Origin: a virus
Taxonomy: Duplodnaviria > Caudoviricetes
Virus record (IMG/VR): IMGVR_UViG_3300047557_002126
Coordinates: 1 to 57,430 of that record
Strand: one strand, 5' to 3'
DNA: 57,430 nucleotides
Part shown: positions 1 through 9,522 of the stretch, one piece after another
How the letters are laid out: every line of letters starts with the position of its first letter
Position numbering within the stretch: the first letter of the stretch is position 1
Made by a program: the position numbers and the translations under genes
The notes under the pieces: generated by a model
Seen by the model: only the letters and a program-made list of their open reading frames with translations
The model's database searches: none
Told to the model about the DNA's origin: nothing

Positions 1-138
1 TTCTTTTAACAGTTTAAGATACTTACATTCCTTGGCAGACTTAGCCCAATCCTTTGGGGGATTAGGCATTATCTTTTCTAGTTGCCAAAAATATTCTTGG
101 AGGCGTTCAGCCTCCGTTGGAAGTTTGTACTTAGCCAA
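1..138 (-). CDS. hypothetical protein, truncated by the window edge (MAKYKLPTEAERLQEYFWQLEKIMPNPPKDWAKSAKECKYLKLLKE...)
   Basis: Translated by hand. Open from a TTG at 138 that overlaps the upstream stop, and runs to the window edge. Confidence 0.55.
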   Translation of the reverse strand, partial: MAKYKLPTEAERLQEYFWQLEKIMPNPPKDWAKSAKECKYLKLLKE

Positions 139-337
139 AAGACGTAGGAATGTCTTTGGGTTTACCAAACTTCTCCATGATTTCTTCCATGGATTCCAAA
201 GATTCAAGCCGCACCAGGATGTCGGTCAGCTGGCTGATGACAACAGGATGTTCAGTACGTGCAGCAAATGCCAATGCTTCGCGCAGGTTGGCGGCTGCAT
301 CATTGGTGCATTGTTTGACCTGACTGGACAATGCCAT
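131..337 (-). CDS. conserved cyanophage hypothetical protein (MALSSQVK...LREALAFAARTEHP)
   Basis: ORF track. Resembles small cyanophage proteins of the MALS...LRxALAxAAR type; ATG at 337 preferred. Confidence 0.7.
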   Translation of the reverse strand: MALSSQVKQCTNDAAANLREALAFAARTEHPVVISQLTDILVRLESLESMEEIMEKFGKPKDIPTSFG

Positions 338-467
338 TTCGGAAACCTTTGGATTACGGGGAAGGAGAAATGTTTGCAACATGTCTATCGGTAATCATAC
401 CAATAAAACAATTGTTGCAAACACCATGCATTACGGCAATGTGGTAGACCGTAACTATTGGTAGGGT

Positions 468-1115
468 TTACGGTAATTCTTCCCAGAGCCAGCCGATTTG
501 ATATAGATCAAACATGGGTTCAATGCCAAGGGATTCCATGAGTTCGTAGATCAAACGACCTTTGCCCATGCGCTTACCTTGATGAATAACATTATCATCG
601 ACCACAATTAAAGTGCCGGTCTTGATAATGTTCTTGGCGGCAAACAGTTCCTTTAAATGGTGGGCTGCAGGCGCCCAATCGTTTAACCAGTTTTCAATGT
701 TATAAGAATCCAGGTAAAGAAGATCGCAACTGCCCCAGAAACTACCAAGAAGTTCAACAGAGTCGGACTCAATAATCTCCGCATGTTTAACAGCAGATCT
801 TGCTAGTTCGCATGCTTTTGGATCAATGTCAACAGAATACAAATTTCCGCCGAAACAATCGACAAAGTTATCAAAGAGAAGAGTAGAGCATCCGTCACCT
901 GTATAGTTGTTTTCTTCTCGGTAGGTTCCGGTTTCAATAATGACCGGAGGGTGCTCCAGGTCGATAAGGTGTTCAAAAATTTGCTCAAAGCTGTCTTTGC
1001 GTGCTCCAAGTTTGTCCTTGATTGCATCAAAATAACTATCCCATTTTACGAGTGCTTCAGTCTTGTCCATCTCAAGGATGTCTTCGTAGGAAACTTCGGT
1101 GTTGGTTGCGGTCAT
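468..1115 (-). CDS. class I SAM-dependent methyltransferase (Methyltransf_24-like)
   Basis: IIETG motif I, SVDID, DLLYLDS and IVVDD motifs. Confidence 0.8.
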   Translation of the reverse strand: MTATNTEVSYEDILEMDKTEALVKWDSYFDAIKDKLGARKDSFEQIFEHLIDLEHPPVIIETGTYREENNYTGDGCSTLLFDNFVDCFGGNLYSVDIDPKACELARSAVKHAEIIESDSVELLGSFWGSCDLLYLDSYNIENWLNDWAPAAHHLKELFAAKNIIKTGTLIVVDDNVIHQGKRMGKGRLIYELMESLGIEPMFDLYQIGWLWEELP

Positions 1116-1276
1116 TACAGTTCAATGCGGAGGTAATCAATTCCTTCTTGCTGAAGCTTTTCTTCGTGTAGGTCCGCTTCTATTGTTTCAAAATCATCAA
1201 AGGCCATCGCTTTGAATCGTTCGCCAGTTTTTTCTCCGTAGTAAAAACGGACAAGGTTGGGCACATGTTGATCCAT
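1115..1276 (-). CDS. hypothetical protein
   Basis: ATG at 1276 just after the hli stop; TAATG coupling to the downstream gene. Confidence 0.65.
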   Translation of the reverse strand: MDQHVPNLVRFYYGEKTGERFKAMAFDDFETIEADLHEEKLQQEGIDYLRIEL

Positions 1277-1277
1277 G

Positions 1278-1517
1278 TCAGTGCTGTATTCCAGTGAGTT
1301 GCCAGATAGATGCATGGTAAAACAATTCCAAATGCAACACAATGACCAAGGTGATCATGGCCAGCCGACCATTAACACGCTCTGCATACCAGAGTATGTC
1401 GTTTGGATTTGTTGGAAACTTCCAAAACTTTAAATCCACACAATTCTCAAAGATTGCTACAAAAATCCAAGAGGTACAATGCCAGAGATCTTCAAACCAC
1501 CTGAGAATTTTTTCCAT
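1278..1517 (-). CDS. hli: high-light inducible protein (Hli/HLIP)
   Basis: Chlorophyll-binding motif AERVNGRLAM followed by a hydrophobic helix. Confidence 0.9.
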   Translation of the reverse strand: MEKILRWFEDLWHCTSWIFVAIFENCVDLKFWKFPTNPNDILWYAERVNGRLAMITLVIVLHLELFYHASIWQLTGIQH

Positions 1518-1603
1518 TACCGGTAAACCAGCAAGATGTCAATAATGGTAGCAGCCAACAATGAAACCATGATCACCACAATGCCTGTGTTGAAGTCTTC
1601 CAT
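1517..1603 (-). CDS. 28-aa single-TM micropeptide MEDFNTGIVVIMVSLLAATIIDILLVYR
   Basis: Translated by hand. Its stop overlaps the hli start (TAATG). Confidence 0.55.
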   Translation of the reverse strand: MEDFNTGIVVIMVSLLAATIIDILLVYR

Positions 1604-1648
1604 GCGCAAATAAACCTGTTACATTAGGGTTAATATACATAACCCTAG

Positions 1649-2503
1649 ATGGTTGCTACAATAGATATTGAAACTCCTTGGATCCAGCTCCAGGAGCAGC
1701 AACCAGAATTGATGCGGGACCTAAACAGGCTGCCCGCCCGTGTAACAATTAATGGTAAAAGACATTACCATACTCCATTTGAAACAGGGCCAGCGCCTTC
1801 AGTTACCACAATATTGAGCGAGACAGCTTCCGAAGCAAACAAACGGAAGCTTGAAATGTGGTCGAAAAATAATCCCGGCGTAAAAGAAGCGGCTGCCGAA
1901 AGGGGAACAGCAATCCACTACGGTATGGAATGCTACCTAAAAGGGGATAAAAACCCTGAAATCCCAGAGGAGTACACGGACTTCTGGCAGGGTATGCCGC
2001 CAATCCTCGATCAATTTCAAGAAGTGTTATGGGCAGAGACACCTCTTCTAGAAAAACATCAGTTTGCTTTGTCAGAAGATGGGATCGGTCGGGTATGGGC
2101 CAGGGATAAAGAAGGTCGTGCTTGGGTGGGATCGCCTGACATCATTGGTGTGGTAAATGGAAAGCTGACGCTTGCCGACCTTAAAACCAGTGTCAAACCT
2201 TACAGCCGTAAGTGGCCTAAAGATCTGGAGAAAGGTAGCCCAGAATGGCGTGATCTCCTGGGTGGTTACATGAAATTTAAAAAATGTTTACGTCAGCTTG
2301 CCGCATACGATATTGGAATTGAGCAGACCTTGGGCATGAAAGTCCAGCAGGCGGCAGTATTGGTATCAACGCCTACACGTACCCAGGTCTTTAAGATCTC
2401 CAGGAATTATCTCAATCTGATTCGGACAGATTGGTATAAGGTCGTTGCAGAATATTATGCTCAGCTGGAAGCAGGCCATGAGTATGATGCTGATTTGATC
2501 TGA
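1649..2503 (+). CDS. PD-(D/E)XK exonuclease (phage exonuclease/Cas4-like)
   Basis: PSVTTIL, RGTAIH, GSPD...DLKTS and QLAAY motifs. Confidence 0.85.
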   Translation: MVATIDIETPWIQLQEQQPELMRDLNRLPARVTINGKRHYHTPFETGPAPSVTTILSETASEANKRKLEMWSKNNPGVKEAAAERGTAIHYGMECYLKGDKNPEIPEEYTDFWQGMPPILDQFQEVLWAETPLLEKHQFALSEDGIGRVWARDKEGRAWVGSPDIIGVVNGKLTLADLKTSVKPYSRKWPKDLEKGSPEWRDLLGGYMKFKKCLRQLAAYDIGIEQTLGMKVQQAAVLVSTPTRTQVFKISRNYLNLIRTDWYKVVAEYYAQLEAGHEYDADLI

Positions 2504-2508
2504 GGTCA

Positions 2509-2679
2509 ATGGATCAAGAAACTCAGGATGCTCTTGAGCGTTACAAAAAAGTTGCCTGGTCTATCGCATCTGAGACTGCAAATAAAACAAAGGGTGATCC
2601 GGTGCTCATCTACAAGAAGATGATGGAGCGCCTGCAGGTAGATTACCTGTCAAATCTGGAGTCTCAAATTAAGTCTTAG
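2509..2679 (+). CDS. hypothetical protein, 56 aa (MDQETQDALERYKKVAWSIA...)
   Basis: Translated by hand; GAGG just upstream; fills the intergenic gap. Confidence 0.6.
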   Translation: MDQETQDALERYKKVAWSIASETANKTKGDPVLIYKKMMERLQVDYLSNLESQIKS

Positions 2680-2760
2680 TAGTCTAAAAGCCTTTAGAAA
2701 TTTCTAACGGTTCCCTTGGATTGGGCGCCGTAGGATGAGTAGACAACCAACAAGCCTCCC

Positions 2761-2949
2761 ATGGAAATCCACCAGGTTTTCGTGGGTGAGTGGATGAATG
2801 GCCTTATGCGTCGCATGAATAATGCGGCGGATGGGGATTGTTTTGTCCTCCCCACCCAAATGCATCTCCATGCCTACAACCTATTAAAAAACGATTTTTT
2901 CCAGGGGCGAGACTTTAAAGTAACAGTAGAGGAATCCAAGAACGCATGA
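2761..2949 (+). CDS. hypothetical protein
   Basis: ORF track; ATGA overlap with the primase gene. Confidence 0.7.
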   Translation: MEIHQVFVGEWMNGLMRRMNNAADGDCFVLPTQMHLHAYNLLKNDFFQGRDFKVTVEESKNA

Positions 2950-5567
2950 CGAGCAAGCAACAAATGTCTTTAAAACCTGGAGAAATTCGCCTTGATTACA
3001 TTCCGCTGGATTGGCCGCTCACGCCACTGTCTGCCAATAAAGACCCATATGTTGTTGGTTGGCAAGGTAAACCGTACAGCGTCCGAGATATCGAAGAAGA
3101 AATCCTCACTGGTCGCTGTAAAGCCATTGGCCTGCTCGGTGGTCCTGTCTATAACAATCCCTATGGTTTGGTTTGGGTTGACGTTGACGGCCCAACCGTC
3201 TACCAACTCATTGAAGAAATCTCCGGTACAACATTTGATAACGCACTTCCCAATACCCTGACCATTCGTAGCGGTAAAGAAGGGCGCGAACGCAAGCTCT
3301 ACAAATTAGATAAAGAAAAACACAAACATTTTGTACGGAATAAATACACTTGGCATGCTGAAGGCAACAAAGAAAAGCTTGAGATCCTTTGGTCTAAACA
3401 CCAGGGTGTGTTAATGGGTTTACATCCGGAAACGGATGGTTACTTTACAGCTGAAGGCCAAGGGTTTGAGTGGGTGCAAGAGCTGCCTGAGTTCCCTGAA
3501 TGGCTGCTGTCCTGCATCATCAATAAAAATGTAAAGCAAGGGATTCCGGCCAAAGAAACAACCCGTGTTGTGGGCCAGGGATTTGCCATCAATTCAGTCA
3601 TTGGGCTTGAGCGCGACATCAAACTGGCGCGTGAAGCGATGTGGGGTATGCCCCCAGAGGCAGCAGATGATTACGACATCTGGATTGTTGTTGGACAATC
3701 TCTTCATTCATTGGACGAATCACTGCTCGATGATTGGGATGAATGGTCTAAGCAATCTGAAAAATATAGGGATGGTGAATGTCACAGGCGTTGGCTTTCC
3801 TTTAGTAAAGGTGGTGGCCGCAGCATTGGTTCACTCATCCATACCGCAAAAGAAAACGGCTGGCAACCATCGGAAGATTACAAAGCAATGAACGTTGACG
3901 ATGACACATTGGAGCACGTGTCTCAAATGCTGACTGAAATTGAAAACGACATCAAAACAACCTTTGTTTCATCCTTAGCAAAACCTTTGATTGCTCCAAC
4001 GGAAGGTAAACGCACTAGGACGCGAACTAAAAAAGAAGGGGAGGAGAAAGAGCAAAAACCGCGCAACCCACCTTCCAGTGAAATTGCAGACCTTCTCCTT
4101 GGAAATTACGCAGGCAACTTACTGTACAGCCAACAGCATGGTCAATTTTTCATGTATCAAAAAGAAGCGCCCGGTCTTTGGTCGCCCATGACAAAAGTTG
4201 AAGTGCTTGGTGATATTCGCATGCGCTTGCAAAGCATGGGTGACTTTCTGCCAAAGGGATTCACCTCTAATTTGATGAACGATATCTTTATTCAACTTCA
4301 GGCAACACTTGTATTTAACGATTGGTATGACGGAAGTAATTACCTTCTGTTTACCAACGGTGTGTTGGAGGTTGATACCAGGACATTGCTTCCGTTTAGC
4401 CGTGATAAATACATCACGCAGCAAATGCCATATGACTATGACCAGGCTGCCACCTGTGAACCCATCATCAAATGGCTAAAGCATACCCAACATGGAAGCT
4501 GGGAACGTGCTCAAGTTCTGCGTGCATGGCTGCGTGCAACACTGCTTGGCTGCTATGACATTCAGAAGTTTATTGAAATTGTTGGCCCAGGTAAGTCGGG
4601 TAAATCGACCTACGCAAACCTGGCAGTAGCACTGGTTGGTAAACAGAACACCTATTCGACAGATTTTGAAAACCTGGAGAAAAACCGTTTTGAAGCTGCA
4701 AGCTACATGGGTAAAAAGCTTCTGCTGTTCCAGGACGCTGATCGTTGGGGCGGTTCTGTTTCCAAGCTGAAAGCTATTACGGGTAACGACTGGATTCGTA
4801 GTGAACGTAAATATCAATCCGAAGGACAAGATCCATTCCAGTATCACGGGATGGTAATGATCACGGCCAACGAAGCTATCCAATCAACTGACTACACCTC
4901 AGGTCTTGCCCGTCGCCGTCTCACTGTTCCGTTCGATCGTCCATTTGAAGGTGGTCAAGCAGAGCAAAAAGAACTGATTAAGTTTGATCCCAAGGGGCGG
5001 CCTCAGGGTGTGTTTGCGCCATTGCTTCCAGGGCTTGTGAACTGGTTGCTGGATATGTCCACAGAAGAGATGCGCTCTTACCTAATGGAAACTAGCAAAC
5101 GTGTCAACTTTTTCCAGAAGTACGAAAAGATGCAAAGCCTGCGTTCCAACCCGCTGCTTGACTGGATGGAGCACAAACTTGTCTTTGATCCAGGGGCATC
5201 AACACCTGTTGGTTTCTGTAAATCAATCGCTGGTGGTTCTAATTTTTATGTGAACTGGAACCAGTGGTTGTATGCAAGTTATGCAGAATTCTGCCGTAGC
5301 TGCAATGTTGGTATCATGTCTCGCGGTCGATTTGAACCCCTTTTCCTTGACATCTGCAAACACCAATTAAAACTCAATGTGTTTGCCAAAAAGAACAGCA
5401 AGGGGATGCGGATCTTTAACGTTGTGGTTCGGGATTCAAACCCTAAATACGATCCGTATCCTTCAATTGTTGAAGTGTCAGCAGATAAAGAAAAATATTC
5501 GGAATTTTATGGAATGGTCTTAGATGAACCTACTAATGAGAAAATGGAAGCTGATGCGGAAATGTAG
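2946..5567 (+). CDS. primase-helicase (Prim-Pol + PriCT-2 + D5/P4-type SF3 helicase)
   Basis: N-terminal VDVD Prim-Pol motif; YDIWIVVGQSLH...WDEWS...KY (PriCT-2); FTNGVL (D5_N); Walker A GPGKSGKST; ITAN motif C. Confidence 0.93.
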   Translation: MTSKQQMSLKPGEIRLDYIPLDWPLTPLSANKDPYVVGWQGKPYSVRDIEEEILTGRCKAIGLLGGPVYNNPYGLVWVDVDGPTVYQLIEEISGTTFDNALPNTLTIRSGKEGRERKLYKLDKEKHKHFVRNKYTWHAEGNKEKLEILWSKHQGVLMGLHPETDGYFTAEGQGFEWVQELPEFPEWLLSCIINKNVKQGIPAKETTRVVGQGFAINSVIGLERDIKLAREAMWGMPPEAADDYDIWIVVGQSLHSLDESLLDDWDEWSKQSEKYRDGECHRRWLSFSKGGGRSIGSLIHTAKENGWQPSEDYKAMNVDDDTLEHVSQMLTEIENDIKTTFVSSLAKPLIAPTEGKRTRTRTKKEGEEKEQKPRNPPSSEIADLLLGNYAGNLLYSQQHGQFFMYQKEAPGLWSPMTKVEVLGDIRMRLQSMGDFLPKGFTSNLMNDIFIQLQATLVFNDWYDGSNYLLFTNGVLEVDTRTLLPFSRDKYITQQMPYDYDQAATCEPIIKWLKHTQHGSWERAQVLRAWLRATLLGCYDIQKFIEIVGPGKSGKSTYANLAVALVGKQNTYSTDFENLEKNRFEAASYMGKKLLLFQDADRWGGSVSKLKAITGNDWIRSERKYQSEGQDPFQYHGMVMITANEAIQSTDYTSGLARRRLTVPFDRPFEGGQAEQKELIKFDPKGRPQGVFAPLLPGLVNWLLDMSTEEMRSYLMETSKRVNFFQKYEKMQSLRSNPLLDWMEHKLVFDPGASTPVGFCKSIAGGSNFYVNWNQWLYASYAEFCRSCNVGIMSRGRFEPLFLDICKHQLKLNVFAKKNSKGMRIFNVVVRDSNPKYDPYPSIVEVSADKEKYSEFYGMVLDEPTNEKMEADAEM

Positions 5568-5926
5568 TGAGCAATGGTCGGCACCTGATCCTTGATCTGT
5601 ACGATTGCGATCCAGGGATCCTTGATGATTATGAGGAGCTTCAACGTTTGCTTGAAGCTTCTCTTGTTATGGCTAAAGCCAACATCCTCAGGATTATTGG
5701 TGAAAAATTTAATCCTCAAGGTGTGACCCTGCTTGCACTACTAGCCGAATCCCACGCATCTATTCACACATGGCCCGAGATTGGCTATGCAGCAGTTGAT
5801 CTGTATACATGTGGCGACAAAACAGAAACCCATAAGGCTGCAGAGTTTCTGAAAACAAAACTAAAGGCTGGAATTACCGAACAGAAAGAGTTAAAGCGTT
5901 CTGTTACTCCACAAGTTTCTGTATAG
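5567..5926 (+). CDS. speD: S-adenosylmethionine decarboxylase proenzyme (pyruvoyl, class 1b)
   Basis: GRHLILDLY, F.PQGVT, LAE|SHASIHTWPE self-cleavage site, D.YTCG. Confidence 0.92.
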   Translation: MSNGRHLILDLYDCDPGILDDYEELQRLLEASLVMAKANILRIIGEKFNPQGVTLLALLAESHASIHTWPEIGYAAVDLYTCGDKTETHKAAEFLKTKLKAGITEQKELKRSVTPQVSV

Positions 5927-5952
5927 TACATCCAGAATTATCTGGAAGTTCT

Positions 5953-7218
5953 GTGTCCAAAAAGCCAAAACTCCTCTGGTCTGGAGATATTATTGCCAAG
6001 ACCGGTTTTGCGCGTGTAACTGAAAATGTTCTTGCGCATCTAGGCGATAGCTACGAAGTAGTGGTACTTGGTAACAATTTTTGGGGCGACCCAGATCCTT
6101 TGCTGGACAAATATAAAATTTATCCTTCTTCCAATCGCTATCAAACAGCGCCATTCGGTGAGCAGCGCATTCGAGAAGTCGTAGAAAAAGAAAAGCCGGA
6201 TCTGGTCTTCATCATGAATGACCTCTGGATCTTGAATGAACTGTACCGGCAGATCCAGGACATCCATAAGACTGGTGCCTTCAAGTTTGTGGGTTATTAC
6301 CCCATGGACAGCTACGGCTGGACTGGATGCATTCTTGACACCATGAATGATTGGGACGCATCCGTTTGCTACACGCAGTTTGGTGCGCAAGAAGTTATTG
6401 CTGCTGGCTACCAGAAGCCCATCGCTGTGATCCCCCATGGCATTACACCAGGGCAGTTCTATCCCATGGATAAGGCTGAGGCACGTAAGCAGCTGAATCT
6501 GTCCGAAGACCTGTTCATTGTTTTTAACGGGAACCGAAATCAGTTCCGCAAACGGATTGACATTACTATCGAGGCTTTTGCCAAATTTGCAGTTGATAAA
6601 CCCAATGCACAACTGTATCTGCATATGGGTTTGAAGGACCAGGGCTGGGATGTGATGCCGTTGTTTGCACGTGCCATGCAACGTGAGGGTCTTGATCCCA
6701 ACGGTCGCATTATCCTTACTGCCCAGACGGAAGGGCCGCCGAATGTTGAGGTTGATTTCCTGAACGTCATCTATAACGCCGCTGATGTGGGCGTTAATAC
6801 CTGCAAGGGAGAAGGCTGGGGCTTGGTCAACTTCGAGCATGCGGGTTGCCGTGTGGCCCAGGTGGTGCCTAACCATACGTCTTGCCGTGAAATTTTTGAA
6901 GGGTATGGCCGCCTCATCCACTGCAACCACGTTGATGTAGACACCAACTACGCACGTGAGATGCCATGTCCGTCATCGGATCACCTGGCCGAAATTCTTA
7001 CGGATCTTTACAACAACAAAGAAAAGCTTGACGCTACAGCTGAGCTTTGTTACCAGCGTGCCACGGATCCTCGGTTTAGCTGGGAGACAGTAGCCAGTCA
7101 GTTTGATGGTGTGTTCCAGGAGGTGTTGAGTGGTGCCTTCCTGGAGGAGCACGACCTGACGCAGCAGGAAGTTAAGGAGAAACCTAAAAAACGGAAGAAG
7201 GTCAAAATCGGGGCCTAA
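5953..7218 (+). CDS. glycosyltransferase family 4 (GT-B)
   Basis: TGFARV, IPHG, NRNQFRK, YNAADV and EGWGL...E motifs. Confidence 0.9.
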   Translation: MSKKPKLLWSGDIIAKTGFARVTENVLAHLGDSYEVVVLGNNFWGDPDPLLDKYKIYPSSNRYQTAPFGEQRIREVVEKEKPDLVFIMNDLWILNELYRQIQDIHKTGAFKFVGYYPMDSYGWTGCILDTMNDWDASVCYTQFGAQEVIAAGYQKPIAVIPHGITPGQFYPMDKAEARKQLNLSEDLFIVFNGNRNQFRKRIDITIEAFAKFAVDKPNAQLYLHMGLKDQGWDVMPLFARAMQREGLDPNGRIILTAQTEGPPNVEVDFLNVIYNAADVGVNTCKGEGWGLVNFEHAGCRVAQVVPNHTSCREIFEGYGRLIHCNHVDVDTNYAREMPCPSSDHLAEILTDLYNNKEKLDATAELCYQRATDPRFSWETVASQFDGVFQEVLSGAFLEEHDLTQQEVKEKPKKRKKVKIGA

Positions 7219-7240
7219 GCTCTAACTGGGTAGAGGAGAG

Positions 7241-7267
7241 AGCCTCCGCTTCGGCGGGGGCTTTTTT
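7241..7267 (+). terminator. intrinsic terminator
   Basis: AGCCTCCGC-TTCG-GCGGGGGCT hairpin followed by a T tract, after the GT4 gene. Confidence 0.85.
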
Positions 7268-7282
7268 ATTGGCCTGAATCAG

Positions 7283-7548
7283 TGAGACGCAAGTTGAGAC
7301 GTGAGACTACCAGGTGTCTCATTTGTGTCTCAGATGATGGGGTAAATGAGACTGAGACTGGGGAAAAAGGCCTGTTGTAAGGGGTGAGGTCGGACTTTAC
7401 CGATTCAACAGGGTTTTTAACCCTACGTAGACGTGCATGACATTTTGGGGTCGTTTTGTAATTATGAGCTGGTGGCGGTGGGCAAAAGGGGTGGGTATAG
7501 TCGGAATCTTGGAATCTCGTCAATCTTGCGGTGAGAAAACACTGAGAC
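7283..7548. repeat. cluster of TGAGAC/GTCTCA hexamers (iteron-like)
   Basis: Forward copies at 7283, 7295, 7302, 7347, 7353 and 7543; reverse copies at 7316 and 7327. Confidence 0.8.
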
Positions 7549-7683
7549 TACAGAGATTGCGATCATACATAAACACCTGCTTGACGCAAATGACAAAATG
7601 ACCCCAAAATGTAATTCGTGTCTATATAAAATTAAAATCCGTGTAAGATCGGTTTTTTCGTCCCAAAGTCCGACCTGGCCCCC
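7381..7683. repeat. long imperfect inverted repeat, candidate replication origin
   Basis: 7387-7398 is the exact reverse complement of 7665-7676; 7440-7459 matches 7593-7612 at 19/20; the segments between also partly pair. Confidence 0.8.
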
Positions 7684-7721
7684 AAATTCGGGGGTGTATC
7701 CCGTTCTTCAGTCCTTTCTCA

Positions 7722-8096
7722 ATGCCACGTGCCTACAAGCCAATGCTCCCCCTCTGGTACGTCCGTGCCAGGCTGAAACTCACCCAGGAGTACCCCAGTG
7801 GTCTGATGTGGATCGACACCACGGGGCACCACAAGGCCGGTGAGATGGCCGGTAAATGGAACGGGCGTTACTACATGGTGCGCATGAGCGGCGATCAGTT
7901 CCACGCCCACCGCATCGTGTACTACCTACGCACCGGCAAAGATCCCGGCAGTGCAGATGTACTACATGGCAAAGACAATCCAGAGCGTGACAACCGCAAA
8001 CCTTTAACCCTCTTCCAAAGAAAACCACCTAAATACTCTTCATCCAGCGCTCACCGCCGCGATTTCAAACCCACTATCCAAACAACTGATGGCTAA
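7722..8096 (+). CDS. HNH-endonuclease-like protein (possibly degenerate)
   Basis: G..AG...Y..V.......AHRIVY...G.DP...V.H......DN pattern. Confidence 0.65.
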   Translation: MPRAYKPMLPLWYVRARLKLTQEYPSGLMWIDTTGHHKAGEMAGKWNGRYYMVRMSGDQFHAHRIVYYLRTGKDPGSADVLHGKDNPERDNRKPLTLFQRKPPKYSSSSAHRRDFKPTIQTTDG

Positions 8097-8742
8097 TCCA
8101 TTTCTTGTCGCCTCTCCCTTTACTTACTACGGAGAACTCAATGAAAAAACTGATGAAGAACTTGATGCACTTGGCTTTTATCGGGGCTACCCCTGTGCAC
8201 ACAACCATGTCATTCGCAACAAACAAGACCATTGGTGTTATGAATGTGTCCATAAAATCGTTTCAAATGTCTGTGGCTTTGACGTTAATTACTTACATGC
8301 TTCCTACAAACATAAATACGCTGCCCTTTGGGACTCGGTACAAATGCATTCCTTTGCTGAATGCTGGACATTTAAAAACAAAAAATCAAAGTCTTCCAAG
8401 CGAATATGCTTGCCTTCCTATCGATCTGGCTACAGTAAGCAATGCGCAGAAAATGTAACCGTACATAAAGCCATTTATCAATGCGCCTGGGGTGACGTAG
8501 GAAACCTTAGTGCTACCAGGACGTGCGGCAACAAAGAATGCTGCAACCCTCTTCACTTGACATCTGAATTCAATCGGCTTACACCACCAAAAACAATTGC
8601 ACCATTTGATATGAAATTTAAAGCGGAAAAGCTTATGTTTTATGCAGAACAACAAGAACGTGGAACACTAAAAAATTTCCTACGTTCTCAATACAAACTT
8701 TCAATCACTAAAGCATCATTAGTCAAAGAACCAGAACAGTAA
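8089..8742 (+). CDS. His-Me finger/Zn-binding homing-endonuclease-like protein
   Basis: ECW...VHKAIY...TRTCGNKECCNPLHL. Confidence 0.7.
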   Translation: MANPFLVASPFTYYGELNEKTDEELDALGFYRGYPCAHNHVIRNKQDHWCYECVHKIVSNVCGFDVNYLHASYKHKYAALWDSVQMHSFAECWTFKNKKSKSSKRICLPSYRSGYSKQCAENVTVHKAIYQCAWGDVGNLSATRTCGNKECCNPLHLTSEFNRLTPPKTIAPFDMKFKAEKLMFYAEQQERGTLKNFLRSQYKLSITKASLVKEPEQ

Positions 8743-8766
8743 AATAAAGAAAAACAATATAGTAAA

Positions 8767-9522
8767 ATGTCGCGTATTGGCAATGGTTCTACACAACGAC
8801 AGCGCACCAGGCAAAACCCTTTGGCGCTTGGGTCATTTAGTGAGACTGCCGTTCGCTACTTGCAAGGCAAACTAGGTCCAGAAAATAAATTAGTTGGGCG
8901 GGCAGATACAAATCAAACATCAAATGGCGGTTTTGGCGGGGGTACATACAATCACTGGTTCAAAATTAAACTTGAGACTCCCGCCTGGATTATCGTTGCC
9001 AAAGGACCACCGCGTCCCAAGTACATCAATGTTTCTGCATACGATTTAAACTACGACCCTATCCAAGGGCGTGGAATTTTTGATGCGGATAGCGTCATCC
9101 TGAATGATGATGGCACTATCTATCACCCATATGTTGGCCACATAATGGGTGCTCAATCTGACTTGTACAATTTTTACAGCCCCAACAGATTAGACAAAGG
9201 GGATGATCGTTACTACCCCCTAGAGATTGGTGAATACTTGTTATGTATTTCAAGTACTCGCAACGAACCTCTTGATTATGCTGTTGCACTTGTTATTGAA
9301 GTTGCGGATCCAACACCTGTAATCCTGCTAGAAGATTTTTCTCGGCTACTATTTGAAGATGTCGTCAGAGAAGACTTTGTTTTATGTGATACAACAGAAA
9401 ATTACACCGGGGCCGAGACTCATGAACATTCATTAACAGAGTGGCAAGCTGCATGGAATCGCGAACGTCAACCAGGTACTCCATTTCCAGAGGTTCTTGT
9501 TCCTTTAACAACAAAACCATGA
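8767..9522 (+). CDS. hypothetical phage protein
   Basis: 251-aa ORF with a TAAAAT motif upstream. Confidence 0.75.
   Translation: MSRIGNGSTQRQRTRQNPLALGSFSETAVRYLQGKLGPENKLVGRADTNQTSNGGFGGGTYNHWFKIKLETPAWIIVAKGPPRPKYINVSAYDLNYDPIQGRGIFDADSVILNDDGTIYHPYVGHIMGAQSDLYNFYSPNRLDKGDDRYYPLEIGEYLLCISSTRNEPLDYAVALVIEVADPTPVILLEDFSRLLFEDVVREDFVLCDTTENYTGAETHEHSLTEWQAAWNRERQPGTPFPEVLVPLTTKP

Noticed and set aside
1649-2503. Cas4 of a CRISPR system
   Set aside because: Lacks the Fe-S cysteine cluster and any cas context; better explained as a phage replication/recombination exonuclease.
6040-6930. 296-aa minus-strand ORF
   Set aside because: Antisense to the GT4 gene, which has clear motifs.
7266-7523. 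85-aa minus-strand ORF in the origin-like region
   Set aside because: Composition reflects the repeats and strand skew; no RBS or motifs.
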